From the NCBI GenBank assembly GCA_963665815.1, contig OY762463.1, positions 3,104,001 to 3,168,000 of the forward strand: 64,000 nt of DNA, given 5' to 3'. The position numbers were made by a program, and so were the translations under genes. This document shows, in pieces, positions 57,578 to 64,000 of this stretch; the stretch's first letter is position 1; each line of letters starts with the position of its first letter. The notes below the pieces were generated by a model. That model did not search any database. It saw nothing but the letters and a program-made list of their open reading frames with translations, and had not been told where the DNA came from. Origin of the DNA: Candidatus Cloacimonadales bacterium. Its GTDB lineage: Bacteria > Cloacimonadota > Cloacimonadia > Cloacimonadales > JAIOQZ01.

Positions 57578-60500
57578 ATGAGATACAGAATAATCCTGAC
57601 TTTAATGTTAATCTTTTCAGGATTGATTTTTGCCGATAACATCGAAGTTTTGAATCAGACAGAAGACGCTGTTACTTTAAGGTTTACCATACCTGATTAT
57701 ACAATTTCACAGGTACGGAAAGAAGGGCAGCTTTTTAATGTTATTGAATGTAAAGAAGCAATTTCTTCATCAGAAGAAGGTTCTCCGATATTACCGTATT
57801 TTACTGAAGTGATCGGACTCCCTGCAGATGGGCAGATGCATATATCAATATTGAATTCACAGAAGGAGTATTCTGACAATATGAGGATTATCCCTCAGGA
57901 AATGATAACTCCGGTTGACGAATCATATGAAAAATCTTTTTATATTGATAATGCAGTATATTCATCAAGAAAATACATTCCTGAAAATATAGTATCTGAC
58001 GAGGGTACTGCATTATACAGAAACTGGAACTTCGGAACAATCCGAATTAATCCGTTTCGGTTCAATCCTCTTTCCGGAAGATTAGAAATTATCAATTCAA
58101 TGGATATTCAAATAAACATATCCGGTACAAAAACAGTGCCTCATTCAATGAGAAGCTCAAATATACCAGGTATGGAAATGGTGAGTGAGCTTGCTGTTAA
58201 TGGTAATATTTCCAGAAACTGGGTAAATCCTATTGCTCAGACCAGTCAGAGTGATAATAATACAAGATCAATGAACAGATCAAATGATATTGAAGAAATA
58301 CAGATACTTGTAAGCAGTGATGGAATATACAAAATTTATTATAGAGATCTGGTTGACTCTCTGGTTATAAGAGAAAACTTTACTGGTAGCAGTGTATTTG
58401 ATTGGGATAACATTGATCCCAGATATCTGGAATTATATGATGAAGACGGAATTGTACCTATTCATTTCCCCGGAGAGATTGATGGTCATTTTTCACGTGG
58501 TGAATACTTTGAATTTTATGGGAAGTTCCATAGAGGCGAAACCTGCTATTATGATGATTATACATGTGAGAATGTCTATACACTTAGATTAGTTCCATAC
58601 TATGGAGCAAGAATGGCTGTTGAAAATGGCGGACTCCAGGTGACAAATCCATCAGATTATATTTCTCCTCGTGCATACAGGCAAAAAGTTCATTTCGAAA
58701 AGCAACTACAGTTTCAGAAACTTGGTTACAATCGATTTAACAACCGTGAAGACAGGTATTTCTGGGCTTCGATAACTGCCCCTCATTTGCTTACTATACC
58801 TTTTAATCTGCAATATCCATATGAGGCAGGGACAAGATATTTTGATGCTAAAGTCGTTCTTTTTGGAGCAACTCATAATACTTTAGATCATCCTGACCAT
58901 AATGCTGTTGTAAGAATGAATTCCGAATTGATTGGCGATCAGGAATGGTACCTGCAGTATGAAGAGGTTTTCGAAAATGATGATTATCTGCCTAATACAT
59001 CTTTGAATCATGGAAGTAATAACTTGTATATAAGTTTACCAGGAGTTGAAGGTGTTGCCCAGGAACAGGTACTTCTTGATTACTTTGAACTTGATTATTG
59101 GCGTATGTATAAAACAGATGAGGATTTTATAGAATTTTCTAAACCCTCTAACAGGTCAACAGGGTTGTATCAATTTGAATTACAATATTTTAGTTCTGAA
59201 GATGTGTCTGTATATAAAATAGGATCTTCCATCATGGAAAATGTGGAAATTATTCCTGCTGAAAATGATACAGTGTTTGAAGTACGTTTTCAGGATGATG
59301 TTCTTTCTGATGATATTATGTACTATGCTGTTTCTGAGTCCAATAAGAAATCTCCAATAAAAGTAAGATTTAACTATCCGTCAAATCTGAAATCCGAGCA
59401 GAATTATGCTAATTATGTTATAGTTACCGGTACACAGTTTGTTGATTGTGATGGAACAACACTACTCCATAATTTATGGGAGGAGTATGATGTTAATGTA
59501 TATGGACATAATATTGAAGTAGAAGTTGTTGACGTACAGGATATTTATGATGAGTTCAATTCCGGTATTGAATCAGCTGATGCAATAAAAGATTTTTTCA
59601 GCTATGTTTTCAATAATTGGAATGATGCACAGACATTAGGTTATAGTCTGTTTACCCATGCTCTTTTATTAGGAGAGGGAATTACTGAGCAATTGGATAA
59701 CTCAATAAACAGAAAGTATGACATTGTTCCCCCTATTCTTGTTTGGACCGAAAAACAAGGTGCAACTGCAAGTGATAACAAATACGCCTGTGTGATTGGA
59801 TCGGATAATGTTCCGGATTTTTCAATTGGCAGATTAAACGTATATACTGAAGAGCAAGTTGAAGCTGTTGCCAGAAAGACATTGCGTTACATTACAGAAC
59901 CTCAGACACAGCAGTTATGGACAAACCATGTTGTGTTGTGTGCAGGTGGTAAATCAGATGATACTCATGATCTCTTTTCCCGACAAAGTGAATCTCTTCG
60001 TAAAGGGTTTATTGATGCTTCTTTTGATGTCAGTCGAGTTTATCTGAAAACGCTTACGGTTCCTAATGTATATGGGGGAAATACATCAAATCTTCTGGAA
60101 GATATTAATGATGGTGCTTTCTTTGTACAATTTATGGGACACGGTGGTGGACAAACCTGGGATGATAATGATTTACTTAACATACAACATATTGAGACTT
60201 TTACAAATACCGCTTATCCATTCGTAAGTAGTATGTCTTGTTATGGTTCTGCGTTTGAGACTCCCGGATTAGGTAGTATGGGAGAAGCTTTAACAGTCCA
60301 TTCCAATGGTGGTGCGATTGCCCACGTAGGTTTTGCCGGTCTTGGTTACGAAATCGGTGATGAGTATTTTTCACGTTACTTATTTGATGCTTTGTTTTAC
60401 AGAAATCTTGGTAATGTTGGTTCTATTGTTGACTTTGCTAAAACAAAGATTACCCTGAAGAGACTGGTAAGTTCTCCATCTCTTGGACAGGGTTGCATAC

Positions 60501-62593
60501 TTCACGGCGATCCAATGATAAAATTCATACTACCGGAAAGAGATATACAAGTTAATGTCTCTGATTTTGCTCCTGAAGAAGGAGATACTATACGAATATC
60601 AGCGACGTTCCCTTCAGATGTTGTTGGTGCGAGAGTTAATGTATGCTCGGATGATGAAATTCCTCTCAGAGACTTTTATGAAGTCTCAACTCCTGGTGGG
60701 ATATTAATTTATGATTATGTTGTTCCTGCAAATTTCAATGAGAATAACTATCTCAGAGAAATAAGGGTCTTGGGATATTCTCACAATATGCTGTATTCTG
60801 GTTATTCAGAGTTTTTTGTAGGGGATGATGCAGTTTTTGACAGTAGAGTAGAGCCACCTACATTTTCGGTATATGATTCTTTATACATTTCTACGCAAGT
60901 TGCACTTGAAAATGGTTTTCAGGAGTTTACGGTTATTACGGAATATGATTCAATATACACACAAAATGATACAACAGTTGTAATTATGAACAATCTGGAA
61001 GAAGTTAATATGGTATATTCAGCTGAGGACGGTAGATACAGAAGTGAACGCCCTCTCAGAAAATTGAGATATGATACTGAAATGAAATACTATTTCCATA
61101 TTGTAAAATCAAATGGTACTCAAAGCGATTATAGAAATGAAGATAGAATATTTGAAATAAATTGTCCGGATCTAATTATATTGTCTGTACAGGTAATTGA
61201 GGAGAATGAGAAGCCTGCTCTGAAGGTTCAGATGAAAAATCAGGGTAAATTGGCTTCCGAGCAAACCACTATGCGACTTCTAATTTACAACAATGATGGT
61301 TGGCAAGAGATGAATTTCACTGATATTCCATCCCTGCAGGTTAATGAGATATATATTCGTACAATTGACCTTTCCGGTATAACAACGGAAGGAACAATAA
61401 TTGTGATGATTAATCCAGATGAGACTTTTATTGAAACTGGATATCAAGAGAACACAAAGCAGTTAACTTTTGATATGAATCTTTTCACAGTTGATGAAAA
61501 TGGGACAGTTGTTCTCAGCCCGGATGGAAACTTGAATTGTACTATACCGGATGGAATATTCGATAGAGTTGCAATGGGCTCAGTTTCAAGAAGAGATTTG
61601 TATACTCCTGTAAATCAGGATGATATTGGAAGTAATGTTTTGGGTGGAGACAATAGTGCAGCAGCATATGAAATCTTTATGATAGATGAAGATTTTTATG
61701 CAGATAGTCTGAAAACTATTCCGAATAATGGCAGTATATCTCTTTCATTCAGTATTAATCCTGCGGATTCTTTGACCGCTTTGGCAATTGCAGATAATCA
61801 ACTGGCAGTGTATCGCTGGGAAGAAGATTTTGAAAAATGGATTTTTCAGGGAGGATTGATTTCTCGGGATAAAACGAGGATTACTAAAGAAATAACTAAA
61901 TTTGGTACATATGCTGTAATGATAAATAAAGACAGAGAGAGACCGATAGTTAAAGCCAATGTAGAAAATCAGGAATTTACTCATGGTGGATATATCTCTG
62001 GTACAGGTATAATATCGTTTGTTCTCTCAGATGGGAATGGGATTGATATCTTTGATAATCAGATCAGGATGTATCTGAATGGAGAAAAAATAGACAAAAG
62101 TGACTATACGATTGCAGCAAGCAAGGGTAATCTTACTCATATTCCTTTGAAATATAAACTGGATCTTGAAAAGGGTGAATACAACCTTATTATTGATTGT
62201 CAGGATGTAAATGGAAACTTCAGCGAACATAAAATACAATTTATTGTGAATAATCATTTTGATATCATAAATGTTGGTAACTATCCTAATCCGGTTATTA
62301 CAAAGACTTACGAAAGTGATAACTCGGGAAGAACTAGATTTACATATGTTCTGACAGATGATGCCGATTATGTGAGTATCAGAATTTATACTGTTAGTGG
62401 TCGACTTGTAAAATCGTTTAATGATCTCAATAGTTCTGTGGGATATCATGAATTTCCACGTACGATAAGAGGATGGGATTGTAGAGATGAACTAGGTCGG
62501 GAATTGGCTAATGGAGTTTACTTTTATAGGATTACTGCCAGAAAAGGTGGAAAGACTATTAAGAAAACGGAAAAAATGGCTATATTAAAATAA
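57578..62593 (+). CDS. C25 family cysteine peptidase (PorU/gingipain-like) with propeptide and T9SS-type CTD
   Basis: Signal peptide; C25 propeptide; DIYDEFNSG, ASDNKY, IGRL; catalytic-type MGHG and MSC; LHGDP; NYPNP...NGVYFY...KMAILK. Confidence 0.88.
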   Translation: MRYRIILTLMLIFSGLIFADNIEVLNQTEDAVTLRFTIPDYTISQVRKEGQLFNVIECKEAISSSEEGSPILPYFTEVIGLPADGQMHISILNSQKEYSDNMRIIPQEMITPVDESYEKSFYIDNAVYSSRKYIPENIVSDEGTALYRNWNFGTIRINPFRFNPLSGRLEIINSMDIQINISGTKTVPHSMRSSNIPGMEMVSELAVNGNISRNWVNPIAQTSQSDNNTRSMNRSNDIEEIQILVSSDGIYKIYYRDLVDSLVIRENFTGSSVFDWDNIDPRYLELYDEDGIVPIHFPGEIDGHFSRGEYFEFYGKFHRGETCYYDDYTCENVYTLRLVPYYGARMAVENGGLQVTNPSDYISPRAYRQKVHFEKQLQFQKLGYNRFNNREDRYFWASITAPHLLTIPFNLQYPYEAGTRYFDAKVVLFGATHNTLDHPDHNAVVRMNSELIGDQEWYLQYEEVFENDDYLPNTSLNHGSNNLYISLPGVEGVAQEQVLLDYFELDYWRMYKTDEDFIEFSKPSNRSTGLYQFELQYFSSEDVSVYKIGSSIMENVEIIPAENDTVFEVRFQDDVLSDDIMYYAVSESNKKSPIKVRFNYPSNLKSEQNYANYVIVTGTQFVDCDGTTLLHNLWEEYDVNVYGHNIEVEVVDVQDIYDEFNSGIESADAIKDFFSYVFNNWNDAQTLGYSLFTHALLLGEGITEQLDNSINRKYDIVPPILVWTEKQGATASDNKYACVIGSDNVPDFSIGRLNVYTEEQVEAVARKTLRYITEPQTQQLWTNHVVLCAGGKSDDTHDLFSRQSESLRKGFIDASFDVSRVYLKTLTVPNVYGGNTSNLLEDINDGAFFVQFMGHGGGQTWDDNDLLNIQHIETFTNTAYPFVSSMSCYGSAFETPGLGSMGEALTVHSNGGAIAHVGFAGLGYEIGDEYFSRYLFDALFYRNLGNVGSIVDFAKTKITLKRLVSSPSLGQGCILHGDPMIKFILPERDIQVNVSDFAPEEGDTIRISATFPSDVVGARVNVCSDDEIPLRDFYEVSTPGGILIYDYVVPANFNENNYLREIRVLGYSHNMLYSGYSEFFVGDDAVFDSRVEPPTFSVYDSLYISTQVALENGFQEFTVITEYDSIYTQNDTTVVIMNNLEEVNMVYSAEDGRYRSERPLRKLRYDTEMKYYFHIVKSNGTQSDYRNEDRIFEINCPDLIILSVQVIEENEKPALKVQMKNQGKLASEQTTMRLLIYNNDGWQEMNFTDIPSLQVNEIYIRTIDLSGITTEGTIIVMINPDETFIETGYQENTKQLTFDMNLFTVDENGTVVLSPDGNLNCTIPDGIFDRVAMGSVSRRDLYTPVNQDDIGSNVLGGDNSAAAYEIFMIDEDFYADSLKTIPNNGSISLSFSINPADSLTALAIADNQLAVYRWEEDFEKWIFQGGLISRDKTRITKEITKFGTYAVMINKDRERPIVKANVENQEFTHGGYISGTGIISFVLSDGNGIDIFDNQIRMYLNGEKIDKSDYTIAASKGNLTHIPLKYKLDLEKGEYNLIIDCQDVNGNFSEHKIQFIVNNHFDIINVGNYPNPVITKTYESDNSGRTRFTYVLTDDADYVSIRIYTVSGRLVKSFNDLNSSVGYHEFPRTIRGWDCRDELGRELANGVYFYRITARKGGKTIKKTEKMAILK

Positions 62594-62602
62594 TGGTGAA
62601 AC

Positions 62603-63631
62603 ATGAAGAATTATAAAACTAGAATCAAAAGAATATTTGTCGCATTAATAATGTTAATCCTGTATATGCCACTACAGGCTGGTGTTTATACAGGAGATTT
62701 TATATTTATAGGAACCGGTGTTAAATCCCTCAGTATGGGAGGGGCATTTTCAGCAGTTGCCGATGACCCTTCTGCTGTTTACTGGAATCCTTCAGGAATA
62801 GCACAGATAAGGAAAATTAAACTGGATTTCAACCATTCTTTCTTATATAGTAATATGGCAAGTTATGATGTGTTTACTTATTGCCAACCTCTTCCTAATT
62901 CTGTAACAATAGGACTTAACTGGACAAGGCTTACAATACCGGATATCAAGCATTTCAGTGAGTCTCATCTGATTGGATTGAGCAGCGATAAAAGAGCAGC
63001 AAACATTGATCTTCAACTGACAGGAATTGCAGACTCTTATTTTGATAACACAGATGATATTTTCTATTTCAATTTTGCAAAAAATATTCATAGAGATATT
63101 AACTTCGGCTGGTTTTTCTTTAAACTACCTGTTGATTTCAATTTTGGTGTAAACGTCAAATATATAAAAAGAGTTATTGATGACAAATCTGGAACAGGTG
63201 TCGGTTTTGATTTTGGTTTTATGGCACGAACAGATTTAGCAACATTGCTGGATGTTCCATGGATGGGAGATATATCTTTTGGCTATGTTATGAAGGATAT
63301 TGGCGGTACAACAATTTCATGGGATACAGACTCAAAGCATGAGGATGAAATTGACTATAATAAGAGGATTTCTTTTGCAGTAATTCAACCGGTGCCAAAG
63401 TATAATTCTGTTTTGACACTATCAGCCGATATTCATCGGGAAGATGAAAAAGTGTTACATCTCGGTTCTCAAGTTCAGTTCAGAAATAATTATTTTTTCA
63501 GAGCAGGATATTACGAAGAAAATTTCTCAGGTGGATTGGGATTTAAAATTAGAAATGTCACCATTGACTATGCAATTATTAGTAATGTACTTGGTCCAAC
63601 TAACAGACTCGGTGTATCCTTAGAGTTTTAG
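62603..63631 (+). CDS. PorV/PorQ-family outer-membrane beta-barrel
   Basis: GVKSLSMGGAFSAVADDPSAVYWNPSG N-terminal signature; FRAGY; terminal F. Confidence 0.85.
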   Translation: MKNYKTRIKRIFVALIMLILYMPLQAGVYTGDFIFIGTGVKSLSMGGAFSAVADDPSAVYWNPSGIAQIRKIKLDFNHSFLYSNMASYDVFTYCQPLPNSVTIGLNWTRLTIPDIKHFSESHLIGLSSDKRAANIDLQLTGIADSYFDNTDDIFYFNFAKNIHRDINFGWFFFKLPVDFNFGVNVKYIKRVIDDKSGTGVGFDFGFMARTDLATLLDVPWMGDISFGYVMKDIGGTTISWDTDSKHEDEIDYNKRISFAVIQPVPKYNSVLTLSADIHREDEKVLHLGSQVQFRNNYFFRAGYYEENFSGGLGFKIRNVTIDYAIISNVLGPTNRLGVSLEF

Positions 63632-63639
63632 GAGATAAT

Positions 63640-64000
63640 ATGAAATTTTATAGACTTCTAATTTTGATTGCTTTATTGTTAACTGCTATGTTAACTGCTT
63701 GTGATGACGGCAGTTCATCTGGTCCGGGAGATCCTCCGTGGAAACCGGATTTGATTCATCATATTGGGGATGCAGGTGATGTTGGACAAAAAAGCTATAT
63801 TGTGAATACACCTGATGGTGAAATAACAAACACAATAAATGTAGTGAATGACCATAATAATGGTATTGATGCGGTTTCAGATGGAAACTGGATTAAGATT
63901 CAATGGGTTCCATTTATAGATGATATTGAATATGTGAGAATTTATAGATTCAGAAAAGAACTTACCGGGATTGTTGATCACGTTCTTCTGGATTCAATAA
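63640..64000 (+). CDS. Lipoprotein, 3'-truncated by the window edge (not in the ORF track)
   Basis: AGGAG RBS; MKFYRLLILIALLLTAMLTA-C lipobox; frame open to the window end. Confidence 0.75.
   Translation, partial: MKFYRLLILIALLLTAMLTACDDGSSSGPGDPPWKPDLIHHIGDAGDVGQKSYIVNTPDGEITNTINVVNDHNNGIDAVSDGNWIKIQWVPFIDDIEYVRIYRFRKELTGIVDHVLLDSI

Noticed and set aside
43-62449. Numerous 60-170 aa antisense or out-of-frame ORFs in the track (e.g. 31720-32217, 43874-44377)
   Set aside because: They lie within well-supported genes and show no recognisable motifs.

Overview
AT-rich, gene-dense chromosomal window from an anaerobic diderm bacterium, most likely Cloacimonadota (FCB group). This assignment is inferred from the NYPNPFNP...YNxKGQKV...SGVYFY...KMxLLK C-terminal domains. 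Contents: (i) four large secreted proteins with T9SS-type/FlgD-Ig C-terminal domains, one of them a PorU/gingipain-like C25 peptidase followed by a PorV-like barrel; (ii) a complete 13-gene Mbx/MBS-type (Mrp + complex-I-like) operon at 13.7-24.9 kb, with fused antiporter subunits, an inserted DUF302 gene, a NuoI::GltD/NfnB-like NADPH flavoprotein fusion and substituted active-site cysteines; (iii) a pgsBCW poly-gamma-glutamate cluster followed by an outer-membrane beta-barrel gene; (iv) tRNA-Leu(CAG) and a large, Alu-containing SRP RNA; (v) a TonB receptor/lipoprotein pair behind a sigma-54 promoter; (vi) housekeeping genes (mltG, ruvX, satP, PBP1A, rlmN, deoC, tandem thyX, hisS, proS, cinA, purD); (vii) four copies of a small degenerate MITE-like repeat and an unannotated 48-aa ORF with its own RBS and terminator. 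No CRISPR array, prophage or transposase was seen. All calls come from reading the sequence; no searches were run.
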